The position numbers were made by a program, and so were the translations under genes. The notes beneath the pieces are model-generated. The model saw nothing but the letters and a program-made list of their open reading frames with translations, searched no databases and was not told the origin of the DNA. DNA of 64,000 nucleotides from Marispirochaeta sp. Its GTDB lineage: Bacteria > Spirochaetota > Spirochaetia > JC444 > Marispirochaetaceae. Below, piece by piece: positions 18,722 through 28,749 of the stretch (position 1 is its first letter; each line of letters opens with the position of its first letter). The DNA lies in NCBI GenBank assembly GCA_963676835.2, contig CAXXFF010000003.1, positions 96,001-160,000 on the forward strand. The letters run 5' to 3'.

Positions 18722-20706
18722 GACGCTTCTCATACAGCAATCTACTTCTTCCCCTGATCCTGATTTTCACCATGGCTTTCTCACTTTCTGCCGAGCAGAG
18801 ACGGGTGGTTCAAACCGGACACACCGGTGAGATACGTGACATTCAATGGAGAGAAGCAGGAAATACCACTGTTACAACAGGAAATGACGGCACATTAAAA
18901 GTATGGCAATATGAACATCTGGTGTACAGTTGCCAGGTCAGTCATCTGCCCCTTGCATCCCTGGCGGTTCATCCTTCAAAACCTGTTGCCGTTTTTGTAG
19001 CTACAGACAGTATTAACACATATCGACTAATCGCCTATAACTGGGAAACTGAAACAGAGCTTTACAGCCTCCGTCTTGATGAGCTTCCCCTGGACATCGG
19101 ATTTTCACCGAAAGGAACCTACCTCTATTTCAGCCGTACAGATCAGAAAAGCCTGACAATAATGAACGCCGATTCAGGCGCTCCATTAAATATTGCCGAT
19201 TCAGGTTTCGGCATCGTCTCTTCGGCGTTCATCAGCTCCTCGGAACAGACCCTTGTCTGCTATCTTGCCTCCGGCAGTCTGCTTTACTGGGATATTGAGA
19301 ATAACCGCCAGAAGACAGACCCTATAAGTACCACCAGTAACCTGGACCTTATCGAATTCAGCTATAACGGCCGCTATGCCCTTGGTTATCGCTCCGATTC
19401 GGTATACCTTATTGATCTTGTAAGCGGAAAAACACTCAGTACTCTTTCCATGCCCGGGGTAATATCTCAGGCCATGCACCCTTCGGATCTTAAAACATCT
19501 TTTATCCGTAATACCGGACGATACAGGGAAATCACGGTTGTAGACTTCGGTGACCGCACTTTGAAACAGTCTTTAAAATATGCGGTAACCGAAGCTAATC
19601 CGCTTGTTCTTACCTCTTCTGGGAATCAGTTGTACACGGGCCTTGATAACGGCAGTCTTGGAACGGTAAATACCGCGAGTCAGGACTTTCATACATGGGG
19701 GAAAAATATACTTGCCGACCTGACGGATATCGATCTATGGAACGGGGCCCTGGCAATCAGCAGTTCAGGATCCCTTACTCTTATTGACAGTCAGGAATTC
19801 AGAAATCCATTACCGGGTCTTCCTCAGAAATTTTACACATCTAAAATAGATCTGCCATTTTCCAGTGCTGCAGGGTTTAACCCTCTGGATAATCGGCAGG
19901 GAGTCATCTGGGACAGAGACAGTGCCGGAACCTCGTATCTCTATGATATTTCAACCCATAATTTTGCCGATCTTTTCTCCATCGACACAGCCTGCAAAGA
20001 GATCTATTCCATGGGCAATACGCTGCTGAGTCTGGATCAGAATGGAACGATAATTCTGTATGATCTGCAGGACGAAGAGGTGAAATACCACTATGCGGCC
20101 TCCGGGCTGAGGGATGTAACCTTTATCGATGGGGAGACCATTATTGCCGGCAGAAACCCTTCCAGAAGATTCCCCTCTCCCCTTATGAAAATAAATCTGC
20201 GTACCGGGGAAACAGTTCCCATGGAAGCTTCGGATATGCTTACCTACTCGCTGCATTTTGATCCGCTCACAGACAGCCTTTACACCCTGGGCCTTCAGGA
20301 GAGACGGGGAAGAATAATGACAGTCCTCCGGCAGCTTCAGGGAAAAAACTTCGAGCGGGATCTTCCTCTCCTTTCTTATCCGGGAGAAGACCATAATGCA
20401 ACCTTTGTACTGGACAGCCTGAGAGTTATAACTTCTCTGGGCCATTCGGGAGTACAGATCTCAGGATGGAGCGGCTTTTCCGCTTTGGGACAGGTAAGTC
20501 ATATTCCGGTCAGAATCAGTTCCGACAGCAAAATACTGGCCTCCCAGAACAGCGACTCAAGCATCAGTGTCTGGAATAAAATTAATGGTAACTGGCTGTG
20601 CGATTTCTATCTGTTCAAGGATGGTGAATGGGCTGCGATAACGGCCGACGGGGAACTTACTGCCTCAGAGAACGGAGCTCAATACGTGCGGAGCTTTTCC
20701 CGGTAA
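18718..20706 (+). CDS. Exported WD40/beta-propeller protein
   Basis: Signal peptide; GHTGEIRDI...TTGNDGTLKVW; C-terminal LASQNSDSSISVWN. Confidence 0.8.
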   Translation: MRRFSYSNLLLPLILIFTMAFSLSAEQRRVVQTGHTGEIRDIQWREAGNTTVTTGNDGTLKVWQYEHLVYSCQVSHLPLASLAVHPSKPVAVFVATDSINTYRLIAYNWETETELYSLRLDELPLDIGFSPKGTYLYFSRTDQKSLTIMNADSGAPLNIADSGFGIVSSAFISSSEQTLVCYLASGSLLYWDIENNRQKTDPISTTSNLDLIEFSYNGRYALGYRSDSVYLIDLVSGKTLSTLSMPGVISQAMHPSDLKTSFIRNTGRYREITVVDFGDRTLKQSLKYAVTEANPLVLTSSGNQLYTGLDNGSLGTVNTASQDFHTWGKNILADLTDIDLWNGALAISSSGSLTLIDSQEFRNPLPGLPQKFYTSKIDLPFSSAAGFNPLDNRQGVIWDRDSAGTSYLYDISTHNFADLFSIDTACKEIYSMGNTLLSLDQNGTIILYDLQDEEVKYHYAASGLRDVTFIDGETIIAGRNPSRRFPSPLMKINLRTGETVPMEASDMLTYSLHFDPLTDSLYTLGLQERRGRIMTVLRQLQGKNFERDLPLLSYPGEDHNATFVLDSLRVITSLGHSGVQISGWSGFSALGQVSHIPVRISSDSKILASQNSDSSISVWNKINGNWLCDFYLFKDGEWAAITADGELTASENGAQYVRSFSR

Positions 20707-20836
20707 TAACTGCATACGTATAAACCGATTTTTTCCCTGCATGACGTTCGGCTGATCTCTTTTTACGTTCAGCCCTTCAGGTTTTATCTTTTTTGGGGAT
20801 TAATCGAATTTATTTAGTCGTATCAGGTAGACCTGA

Positions 20837-22174
20837 CTAGCCTTTATCGAAGCTTAACGATTCAAACTTGGTATAGTAAGGAATAAAGGCAACCTTTATC
20901 GTGCCTACAGGGCCGTTACGCTGTTTAGCAACAATAAGCTCGGTTTCGATATTATTAACATTTTCTGTCCCCTCTTTTTCTCCCCGATCACGGTGAAGAA
21001 ACATTACAACGTCGGCATCCTGCTCAATGGATCCGGACTCTCTCAGATCCGCGAGGGTCGGTGCTTTACCTTCCGACTGACGGCCCACCTGGGAGAGCGC
21101 TATTATGGGTATATCCAGCTCTCGGGCCAGGGACTTGAGTGACCGGGAAGTTTCAGCTACCTGTTCATGACGGGGTACATTAAATTTACTCTCAGGCTCA
21201 ACCAGTCCGATGTAGTCGATAAATATCGCTTCCACCTTCTCCTGTTGACGCATTCTTCTGGCCTGGGCCCGCAAATCAAGAAGTTTAATATTAGGTGAGT
21301 CATCTATAAATAAAGGGGCCTCATAAATACGACCGGCAGCTTCGGTAAGTTTATGAAAATCAGAAGGTTTCAGCATTCCGGTTCGCAGAATATCCGACCT
21401 GATACGCGCTTCAGCGGCAACAAGACGCTGCATAAGTGCCATATCCGACATTTCAAGGGTAAAAAATCCAATCGGCTTTTTATAGCGTATAGCCATATTC
21501 GAAGCTATGGATAAGGCGAAAGCTGTTTTACCCACCGAAGGACGTGCTCCGATAACAATAAACTCGGATTTCTGAAACCCCGAAGTCATCTTATCAAGCT
21601 CAGCCAGACCACTGGGTATTCCGGTAAAACTGTCTTTGGTATGATAAAGCTTTTCTATTGCCTCAATTGTTTTGGCTATAATTTCACCGGCGGACTTATA
21701 ATGACCGGTGGGATTCTCTTCGGCAATATCAAATATTTTCTTTTCTGCTTCTTCGATTATCTCACGTGTCTGCACGGTATCGTTCTGAGCATCAGCGATA
21801 ATCTCCTGGGCAACATTCAGCAGGTTTCTGCGGAGACTATGCGAGCGGACGATTCCGGCATAGTAGCTTACATTGGCACTTGTTGGGGTGGAGTCTGTGA
21901 GAGTGGAAACATAGGCAAGTCCCCCGGCCGCTTCCAGCTCTCCCTCTTTTCTCAGTTCATCAGTAATGGTAATAAGATCGAGGGTTTCCCCTTTGTTAAA
22001 AAGGGAAACCATTGAATCAAATACTTTTTTATGTCCGGTACGAAAAAAATCCCGACCCCGCAGAAGTTCGAGAACTGTCGGCAGGCAGTCGGGATTGAGC
22101 AGCACCGACCCCAGAACTGCCTTCTCAGCTTCAAGGTTATGGGGTGGTACTGAATCTTTTAAAACTTCGGGCAT
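20837..22174 (-). CDS. dnaB: Replicative DNA helicase
   Basis: PPHNLEAEKAVLG, GARPSVGKT, IDYIGL, DLRESGSIEQDAD, KQRNGP. Confidence 0.98.
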   Translation of the reverse strand: MPEVLKDSVPPHNLEAEKAVLGSVLLNPDCLPTVLELLRGRDFFRTGHKKVFDSMVSLFNKGETLDLITITDELRKEGELEAAGGLAYVSTLTDSTPTSANVSYYAGIVRSHSLRRNLLNVAQEIIADAQNDTVQTREIIEEAEKKIFDIAEENPTGHYKSAGEIIAKTIEAIEKLYHTKDSFTGIPSGLAELDKMTSGFQKSEFIVIGARPSVGKTAFALSIASNMAIRYKKPIGFFTLEMSDMALMQRLVAAEARIRSDILRTGMLKPSDFHKLTEAAGRIYEAPLFIDDSPNIKLLDLRAQARRMRQQEKVEAIFIDYIGLVEPESKFNVPRHEQVAETSRSLKSLARELDIPIIALSQVGRQSEGKAPTLADLRESGSIEQDADVVMFLHRDRGEKEGTENVNNIETELIVAKQRNGPVGTIKVAFIPYYTKFESLSFDKG

Positions 22175-22180
22175 GGAAGT

Positions 22181-22783
22181 TTACTCTTCCTCGCCGACGT
22201 TTCCTTCTTCTTCTGCTGCGTCTTCCGCTGCTTCCTCATCGATAACTGCATCTTCATCTGCAGCAGCTTCTTCAGAATCTGCGGGAGCTTCAGCAGGGGC
22301 TGCTTTTTTACCCCCGGAAGGCTCAATGGAACCGGTCTTTTCATCCACAATAAGAACAACAAGTTCACCAACGCTGTTTTCATACAGCCGAACCCGTGCC
22401 TTATATTTACCGATCATCTTGATATTGTGCTCAGGAAGGTCAATCTTCTTGCGCTCAACATGTACGCCTTCTTTTGCAAGTGCATCAGAAACGGTTGCAT
22501 TGGTAACTGAACCAAACAGCTTTCCGGTGTCACCGGCGGGCATGGGAATGGTAAGTTCGAGGGTATCAATCCTCTCTTTAAGACCCATAGCAGCTTTCCG
22601 CTTTTCCTCTTTCCGTTTTTCGATAGCATCTTTACGGCGCTCGAACATTGCAGCGTTACCCTTAGTGTAGGCAACAGCCTGTCCCTGGGGAATCAGGTAG
22701 TTTCTTGCGTAACCGGGTTTTACTTCCCGAACATCGCCCTCTTCGCCAAGGTTATATACATCTTCATTAAGTATAATCTTCAT
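22181..22783 (-). CDS. rplI: 50S ribosomal protein L9 with acidic C-terminal tail
   Basis: MKIILNEDV.NLG, VKPGYARNYLIP, GKLFGSVT. Confidence 0.97.
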   Translation of the reverse strand: MKIILNEDVYNLGEEGDVREVKPGYARNYLIPQGQAVAYTKGNAAMFERRKDAIEKRKEEKRKAAMGLKERIDTLELTIPMPAGDTGKLFGSVTNATVSDALAKEGVHVERKKIDLPEHNIKMIGKYKARVRLYENSVGELVVLIVDEKTGSIEPSGGKKAAPAEAPADSEEAAADEDAVIDEEAAEDAAEEEGNVGEEE

Positions 22784-22815
22784 ACTAAACCTCTTCTCCT
22801 TTATTTAAGCTCAGC

Positions 22816-23121
22816 TTATTTCTTCACAAAGGGAAGATATGCCAGAACCCTGGCCTTTTTGATTTCAAGACTCAGTGCACGCTGGTGCTTTGCACAGGTA
22901 CCGGTAATTCTTCTGGGAAGAATTTTTCCCCGCTCGGTTACGAAACGGCGAAGTGCATCCGGGTTCTTGTAATCCGGAACTATAGTCTGGGTGCAGAATC
23001 TGCAAACTTTTCTGCGGAAGAAAGGTTTTCCTCCGCCCCGGCGGAATCCGCGTCCACCATCACGGCCTTCATCCTGCCGTCCTTCGTCTCTACCGCGATC
23101 CTGAGTATCTTCTGAACTCAT
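22816..23121 (-). CDS. rpsR: 30S ribosomal protein S18 (Zn-binding form, RG-rich N-terminal extension)
   Basis: [30 protein letters not shown]. Confidence 0.97.
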   Translation of the reverse strand: MSSEDTQDRGRDEGRQDEGRDGGRGFRRGGGKPFFRRKVCRFCTQTIVPDYKNPDALRRFVTERGKILPRRITGTCAKHQRALSLEIKKARVLAYLPFVKK

Positions 23122-23153
23122 ATCTGTATTCTCCTATTGATTCGTGTAACATA

Positions 23154-23220
23154 ACAGTACCGGTTTATCGGGTACTGTATTCGGGGATAAGGCCCCGTGT
23201 TTTCAGTCACAAAGACTGAA
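23154..23220 (-). other. Three consecutive hairpins in the ssb-rpsR spacer
   Basis: ACAGTACC/GGTACTGT (23154-78), CGGGG/CCCCG (23182-97), TTCAGTC/GACTGAA (23202-20). Confidence 0.6.
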
Positions 23221-23255
23221 CAGTCCTTACCCTTTCAACCTTTTTAAAATCAGGT

Positions 23256-23717
23256 CTAAAAGGGAATATCGTCCTCAAATCCGTCATCGGCATCACTGCT
23301 CTGGGGCGAGTACCGCTCTACAGGAGCACTTCCCGAGCTGAATCCCTGATTGGAACTCCGCTGGTCCATACCACGGCTGTTTCCACCGCCGCCGCTGCCG
23401 CCAAGGAGCTGAATATTGTTTGCCACAACTTCAACCTTGCTTCTCGGCTGTCCGTCCTGTTCCCAACGGCTCTGCCGGAGTTCTCCCTCCACTGCAATCT
23501 CCTTCCCCTTCATCATGTACTGGGTCAGGTTTTCTGCAGTTTTGCCAAACACGGTAATATCGAAAAAATTTGCTTCCTCGGTCCACTGGTCTCCGGACCT
23601 CTTCCTTCGGTTTACAGCAAGAGAAAGCCGGGCAACCGCCATACCGGAATTTGTATATTTTAATTCCGCATCTCTGGTCAGCCGTCCGATCAATGTTACG
23701 TGATTTAAATTAGCCAT
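23256..23717 (-). CDS. ssb: Single-stranded DNA-binding protein
   Basis: NHVTLIGRLTRDAEL, VEGEL, C-terminal DDIPF. Confidence 0.98.
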   Translation of the reverse strand: MANLNHVTLIGRLTRDAELKYTNSGMAVARLSLAVNRRKRSGDQWTEEANFFDITVFGKTAENLTQYMMKGKEIAVEGELRQSRWEQDGQPRSKVEVVANNIQLLGGSGGGGNSRGMDQRSSNQGFSSGSAPVERYSPQSSDADDGFEDDIPF

Positions 23718-23739
23718 GGAGTCTCTCCGGTTTGAATAA

Positions 23740-24021
23740 TCAGGATTCTTTTTTGACGAAAAGGAACTTCAGAACATCCTGCATGAGCTTAAGTTCCCGG
23801 TCGATTTCAACAATCTTATCAGGTGCGGCATCAAGCTCAATATACCGGTAGTGACCGCGGTCAGTTTTCTTGACAGTGTAGGCAAGATCCCGGACGCCCA
23901 TATCGTCGTCCTTGGTGATGGAGAAGCCGTACTTTTCGATAAGTTTTTTCAGGCCCTCGTAACCGTTTTTGTATGCGTCATCCTCCGGGCGGAAGATGAC
24001 CGTAAATTCATACGCTCTCAA
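23740..24021 (-). CDS. rpsF: 30S ribosomal protein S6
   Basis: RAYEFTVIFRP, MGVRDLAY; TTG start after SD GAGGAGG; rpsF-ssb-rpsR-rplI order. Confidence 0.95.
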   Translation of the reverse strand: MRAYEFTVIFRPEDDAYKNGYEGLKKLIEKYGFSITKDDDMGVRDLAYTVKKTDRGHYRYIELDAAPDKIVEIDRELKLMQDVLKFLFVKKES

Positions 24022-24026
24022 ATTGT

Positions 24027-24078
24027 CCCTCCTCATGGACTATATTGATCCGAATACTCTTGATTCGGATAAAGAGGT
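24027..24078 (-). promoter_or_regulatory. S6:S18-binding leader of rpsF
   Basis: Minus strand ACCTC-ttt-ATCCGAAT-loop-ATTCGGAT-caataTAGTCCAT-GAGGAGG: anti-SD stem, inner hairpin, unpaired CCA before the SD. Confidence 0.65.
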
Positions 24079-24168
24079 CGCAGTAAACTACCACAGCCAC
24101 TATTTATCTGTCAAGTCAACTCCTTACTGAGACGATATTTGTAAGGAAGCGCCTTCCCTGGAGGAGAT

Positions 24169-24621
24169 ATGCAGCAGCCCATACGTTTTGAGGAAAATCT
24201 ATACTTTTTGAATGAATATCTCAATGCGATAGAAGCCGGGCTGGAGCTGAAGATAGACGGTCATATCTATTTCGATAAGGTAGTTGAAGATATCTTTTTT
24301 ATTGATGCCACCCTCAACAAACTGTATGCCGCGGTTTCAGGCAACTACCGTCTTGTACAGGCAACAGCCATTTTCAGAAGTATTCAGATAAGTAAAATCA
24401 GGTTTGCAGACTTACTGGAAAGAATCACCCTCGGAAAAACAGGCCTGGAAGACAATTTTACGCCCTTCATTCAGAAACTTAAAGACCTGATCAGTGAACA
24501 CCGTGGTGATGCGGCTAAAATCCGCGACGAATACCTGACAGATGAAAATTCGGCCACACCGCGGGAAGGCATCAGCAGCGAAGAGTATCAGTTTCTCTTT
24601 CCCGACAAAGAAACAATCTAA
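24169..24621 (+). CDS. Hypothetical helical protein
   Basis: 150 aa, strong SD GGAGGAG, divergent from rpsF. Confidence 0.75.
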   Translation: MQQPIRFEENLYFLNEYLNAIEAGLELKIDGHIYFDKVVEDIFFIDATLNKLYAAVSGNYRLVQATAIFRSIQISKIRFADLLERITLGKTGLEDNFTPFIQKLKDLISEHRGDAAKIRDEYLTDENSATPREGISSEEYQFLFPDKETI

Positions 24622-24635
24622 CCCTTATCAACCCT

Positions 24636-25637
24636 ATGGCTGTCACCATTAAAGATGTCGCCCGATTGGCAAATGTCTCCACTGCAACAGTTTCCAGGGT
24701 TGTCAATGATGACCCTCTGGTAACAGCTTCCACGCGCACCGCGGTTTTAAAGGTAATAGCAGAGACAGGTTATCGACGCAACAGTGTAGCCCGGAATCTT
24801 AAAACATCACGCACCCATACCATCGGTTTTCTCACTCCCGAAATAGCCAACGACTTCTTCATGCACATAGCAGAAGGAGTTGAGGCGGAACTTCAGAAAT
24901 CAGGCTACAGCCTTCTTATTTGTAATACCTCGGAAAGCCGGGATAAAGAAATACAGCAGATAGACCTGATGAGCGACCAGCAGGTAGAGGGTATCATACT
25001 TATTCCATCCTCATCCGACGGGCACCATCTCAAAACTCTTACATCCAGGAACATCCCGTCTGTGCTGATTGACCGCCTGGTTAAGGGATACTCTACGGAT
25101 GCGGTGCTGACCGATAACTTTCAGGGCTCCTACAGCGCTGCAGAATACTTTTTCAGAGCAGGCATCAAACGCATTGCCTATATCGGCGGGAGAAGCGGCC
25201 TCACCACAGCTGAAGAACGCTGGGAAGGCTTCCGCAAGGCACACGTTGATTATGGAATCCCCCTGGACAAAGGCATTGTACGCTTTGGAGATTTTCACGC
25301 CGCAAGCGGCTACACGCTTATCAGGGATATTCTTGCCCAGCCGGACCCGCCGCGGCATATTTTCATTGCAAATTATTTTATGCATACCGGAGCTACCAGG
25401 TATCTTATAGAATCAGGAGAAGCCGGAAGTACCCGTATTCAGACCGCAGGCTGGGATTCCATGGAGCTGAGCCCACTGCTCACCTATTCAACCTTCTCTA
25501 TCAGTCAGCCCATGCATGCCATGGGAAGCATGGCTGCACAGATGGTACTCGAACGAGTTACCTCAGATAAAGTTATTGAACCGCGTGTAGAGCGGCTGAC
25601 CACAACCCTGCTCGAACACTCTCCTGTAATGTACTGA
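24636..25637 (+). CDS. LacI family transcriptional regulator
   Basis: TIKDVARLANVSTATVSRVVN HTH, ARNL hinge, sugar-binding domain. Confidence 0.95.
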   Translation: MAVTIKDVARLANVSTATVSRVVNDDPLVTASTRTAVLKVIAETGYRRNSVARNLKTSRTHTIGFLTPEIANDFFMHIAEGVEAELQKSGYSLLICNTSESRDKEIQQIDLMSDQQVEGIILIPSSSDGHHLKTLTSRNIPSVLIDRLVKGYSTDAVLTDNFQGSYSAAEYFFRAGIKRIAYIGGRSGLTTAEERWEGFRKAHVDYGIPLDKGIVRFGDFHAASGYTLIRDILAQPDPPRHIFIANYFMHTGATRYLIESGEAGSTRIQTAGWDSMELSPLLTYSTFSISQPMHAMGSMAAQMVLERVTSDKVIEPRVERLTTTLLEHSPVMY

Positions 25638-25661
25638 TATCTCCAGAACAGTTAATTTTTC

Positions 25662-25714
25662 TTGCCAAGCCTCAACTCCTCTGCCATACTGTTAATAAAT
25701 GTAATCGTTTACAT
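25662..25714 (+). promoter_or_regulatory. fucI promoter with LacI-type operator
   Basis: TTGCCA-N17-CATACT (25662-25690), then palindrome ATGTAATCGTTTACAT (25699-25714) with central CG. Confidence 0.75.
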
Positions 25715-25750
25715 ATTGTACTGATCTGATATCAACAGGAGGCTCCTCTT

Positions 25751-27538
25751 ATGAATACTCCCCGAAACCGGCTGTTTACCGGATTACCCAAAATCGGCAT
25801 CCGACCTGCCATAGACGGCAGACTTAAAGGAGTTCGTGAATCCCTTGAAGATCAGACCATGAACATGGCGAGATCTGCTGCAGAACTTATCAGTGCTTCA
25901 CTCCGTTATCCAAACGGTGCACCGGTTGAATGTGTAATTGCCGACAGTACCATTGGAGGAGCTGCAGAATCGGCTATGTGTGCGGAGAAATTCAGGAATT
26001 CCGGTGTAGGCGTATCCCTCACCGTAAGCCCCTGCTGGTGCTACGGTACGGAAACCATGGATATGGACCCTGTTATTCCAAAGGCAATCTGGGGATTCAA
26101 CGGCACAGAGCGCCCGGGGGCAGTCTATCTTGCGGCAGTTCTTGCTGCTCACAACCAGAAAGGACTGCCGGCTTTCGGCATCTATGGAAAAGAGGTTCAG
26201 GACTCCAGTGACACTTCCATTCCCGATGATGTGGCAGAAAAGATTCTAACCTTTGCCCGTGCGGGTCTTGCGGCTGCAATAATGAAGGGTACCAGTTATC
26301 TTTCCATGGGCTCAGTTTCAATGGGAATTGCCGGATCCATTGTGGATGACAAGTTTTTCCAGAAATATCTGGGCATGCGTAATGAATATATCGATATGTC
26401 CGAATTTATCCGCCGTATCAACGAAGAAATTTACGACCCGAAAGAGTACCGGATTGCCCTTAAATGGACAAAGGAAAACTGTAAAACCGGTGCAGACCCC
26501 AACAGTCCGGAAAACCGGAAAACAGAACAGGAAAAAGAGGCGGATTGGGAATTCTCTGTAAAGATGACCCTCATCGCCAAAGATCTTATGGCTGGCAATC
26601 CCAGGCTTAAAGAACTGGGCTATGGAGAAGAAGCCCTTGGTCATAATGCCATTGCTGCCGGATTTCAGGGACAACGGCAGTGGACAGATTATTTTCCCAA
26701 CGGCGATTTCATGGAAACCATGCTTAATACCAGTTTTGACTGGAACGGACCGAGACAACCTTTTATTATGGCCACGGAAAATGACAGCCTGAACGGAGTA
26801 TCCATGCTGTTCGGCCATCTGCTAACCAATACAGCTCAAGTTTTCAGCGATGTCCGTACATTCTGGAGCGCGGAAGCCATTCAAAGGGTAACCGGCAAAA
26901 AGGTGACAGGGGCCGCCGCAAACGGCCTGATCCACCTCATCAACTCCGGATCTACCTGTCTTGACGGAACAGGACAGGAGGAAATTGATGGAAAGCCGGC
27001 AATTAAGCCCTTCTGGGATATAAGCAACGATGAAATCTCTGCCTGTATGGAAAAAACACTCTTCTGCCCGGCTAACCGGGGCTACTTCCGCGGGGGTGGA
27101 TATTCCACCGATTTTCTCACCAGGGGTGGAATGCCTGTCACAATGTGCCGGCTCAATATTGTTGACGGCCTTGGGCCGGTTCTGCAGATTGCCGAAGGAG
27201 AAACCGTGGAACTTGAGGATGACGTTCATAACACACTCGACCAGCGCACCGACCCCACCTGGCCGACAACCTGGTTCGCGCCGCGGATAACCGGAGAAGG
27301 AGCATTCAAGGATGTATACACAGTTATGGCATCCTGGGGAGCCAACCACGGGGCAGTCAGCTACGGTCATATAGGGCCGGATCTTATTGCCCTCGCATCT
27401 ATATTGCGGATACCGGTCTGTATGCACAATGTTCCGGATGAAAAAATATTCAGACCCAGTGCATGGAATGCCTTCGGCATGGATAAAGAGGGGGCCGATT
27501 ACCGGGCCTGTGCAGCCTTTGGACCTTTGTATAAGTAG
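25751..27538 (+). CDS. fucI: L-fucose isomerase
   Basis: [50 protein letters not shown]; 595 aa. Confidence 0.97.
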   Translation: MNTPRNRLFTGLPKIGIRPAIDGRLKGVRESLEDQTMNMARSAAELISASLRYPNGAPVECVIADSTIGGAAESAMCAEKFRNSGVGVSLTVSPCWCYGTETMDMDPVIPKAIWGFNGTERPGAVYLAAVLAAHNQKGLPAFGIYGKEVQDSSDTSIPDDVAEKILTFARAGLAAAIMKGTSYLSMGSVSMGIAGSIVDDKFFQKYLGMRNEYIDMSEFIRRINEEIYDPKEYRIALKWTKENCKTGADPNSPENRKTEQEKEADWEFSVKMTLIAKDLMAGNPRLKELGYGEEALGHNAIAAGFQGQRQWTDYFPNGDFMETMLNTSFDWNGPRQPFIMATENDSLNGVSMLFGHLLTNTAQVFSDVRTFWSAEAIQRVTGKKVTGAAANGLIHLINSGSTCLDGTGQEEIDGKPAIKPFWDISNDEISACMEKTLFCPANRGYFRGGGYSTDFLTRGGMPVTMCRLNIVDGLGPVLQIAEGETVELEDDVHNTLDQRTDPTWPTTWFAPRITGEGAFKDVYTVMASWGANHGAVSYGHIGPDLIALASILRIPVCMHNVPDEKIFRPSAWNAFGMDKEGADYRACAAFGPLYK

Positions 27539-27612
27539 TATATTAAACTTAGCGACAAAGTTGAATGAGGTGAGTTTGACTTAACACTGCGTATCTGAGA
27601 GAATCTTGCTAC

Positions 27613-28749
27613 ATGAAGATAACCACAGAGCTGCAGATAGAAAAGCTTACCTACCAGGGGGACGGACTGGCCCGTAAGGATGGCATGGTCTGGTTCGTCC
27701 CTTTTTCAGCTCCCGGGGATACCCTGGAAGTAGAACTCACAAACCGGAAGAAATCATTCTCCCGTGGAAAAATTATCAGAATAAAAGAGCCTTCCCTCCT
27801 GCGCACCACCCCGCAATGCAGACATTTTGGTGAATGCGGAGGGTGTCAATGGCAGCACATCGACTATATAAGCCAGATTGAACAGAAACAGCTTATCTTA
27901 AACGAGATGCTTGAAAAAAGCGGAATAAAAGACATAGACACTATTGTCCGGCCATCTCCACAGAATTACGGCTACCGCAACAGAATAAGTCTCCACAGAA
28001 TCGGGCAGAGTATCGGTTACTTTTCCACCGGCAGCAGAAATCTCATTTCCGTTGGGGATTGCCCCATAGCGGCTGATCCTCTGCGGGAGTGGCTGGCTGA
28101 ACCCTCTCTGAGTAAAAAAGAGATATCCAACCTTCCGGAACGATTTGAGCTTCGGCTCATGCAGGACGGACAGGTAACTGCTGCTGCAGACAGCACGGAA
28201 GGGCAATTCGTACAGGCAAATACAGCCGGCAATGCTATGCTGCAGGCGGCGGTTAAACAGGCTGCAGCTTCTGCCTCTTCCTCTCCCCGCATATTTGACC
28301 TCTATTGCGGAGACGGCAACCTTTCTATGCCCCTGGCAGAAACTGCCCGTTCAATTACCGGATGGGATATTTCTGTTCCGGCTATTCGGGAAGCACAGAA
28401 GAAAAGTACTGCAAGTTCTGAAATCAACTACCATGTGGGAGATGTCAAACAGATAGCCGTTGCGCTGAGAACAAAAGCAAAAGAAACTGACATACTTATT
28501 CTTGATCCCCCACGGGAAGGAATAAAGAACGAATCGGCAGAGCTTGCAGATTTGAATATACCAGCGGTAATATATGTTTCCTGTAATCCCGCCGCCCTTA
28601 CCAGAGACATCAAAACATTTCTTGATCGCGGATATTCGCTGAAAACCCTGGAGGGCTTCGATATGTTTCCCCAGACCTATCATCTGGAAAGTGTCTGCCT
28701 ACTCGTCAAAAAAGACAGTCTCCTCCGGCCGGGCGATAACTCCCGGTGA
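27613..28749 (+). CDS. RNA (uracil-5)-methyltransferase, RlmD/TrmA family with TRAM domain
   Basis: CRHFGECGGCQWQH Fe-S motif, FVQAN, DLYCGDG, LDPPREG, YVSCNP, DMFPQTYHLE. Confidence 0.93.
   Translation: MKITTELQIEKLTYQGDGLARKDGMVWFVPFSAPGDTLEVELTNRKKSFSRGKIIRIKEPSLLRTTPQCRHFGECGGCQWQHIDYISQIEQKQLILNEMLEKSGIKDIDTIVRPSPQNYGYRNRISLHRIGQSIGYFSTGSRNLISVGDCPIAADPLREWLAEPSLSKKEISNLPERFELRLMQDGQVTAAADSTEGQFVQANTAGNAMLQAAVKQAAASASSSPRIFDLYCGDGNLSMPLAETARSITGWDISVPAIREAQKKSTASSEINYHVGDVKQIAVALRTKAKETDILILDPPREGIKNESAELADLNIPAVIYVSCNPAALTRDIKTFLDRGYSLKTLEGFDMFPQTYHLESVCLLVKKDSLLRPGDNSR

Noticed and set aside
20707..20836. Short direct repeat ACGTTCRGC and hairpin TCAGGT/ACCTGA between convergent genes
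   Set aside because: Only two short copies; not a CRISPR array or IS end; likely termination-related or chance
20837..22174. Possible intein in DnaB
   Set aside because: Normal length (445 aa), contiguous motifs, no intein signatures
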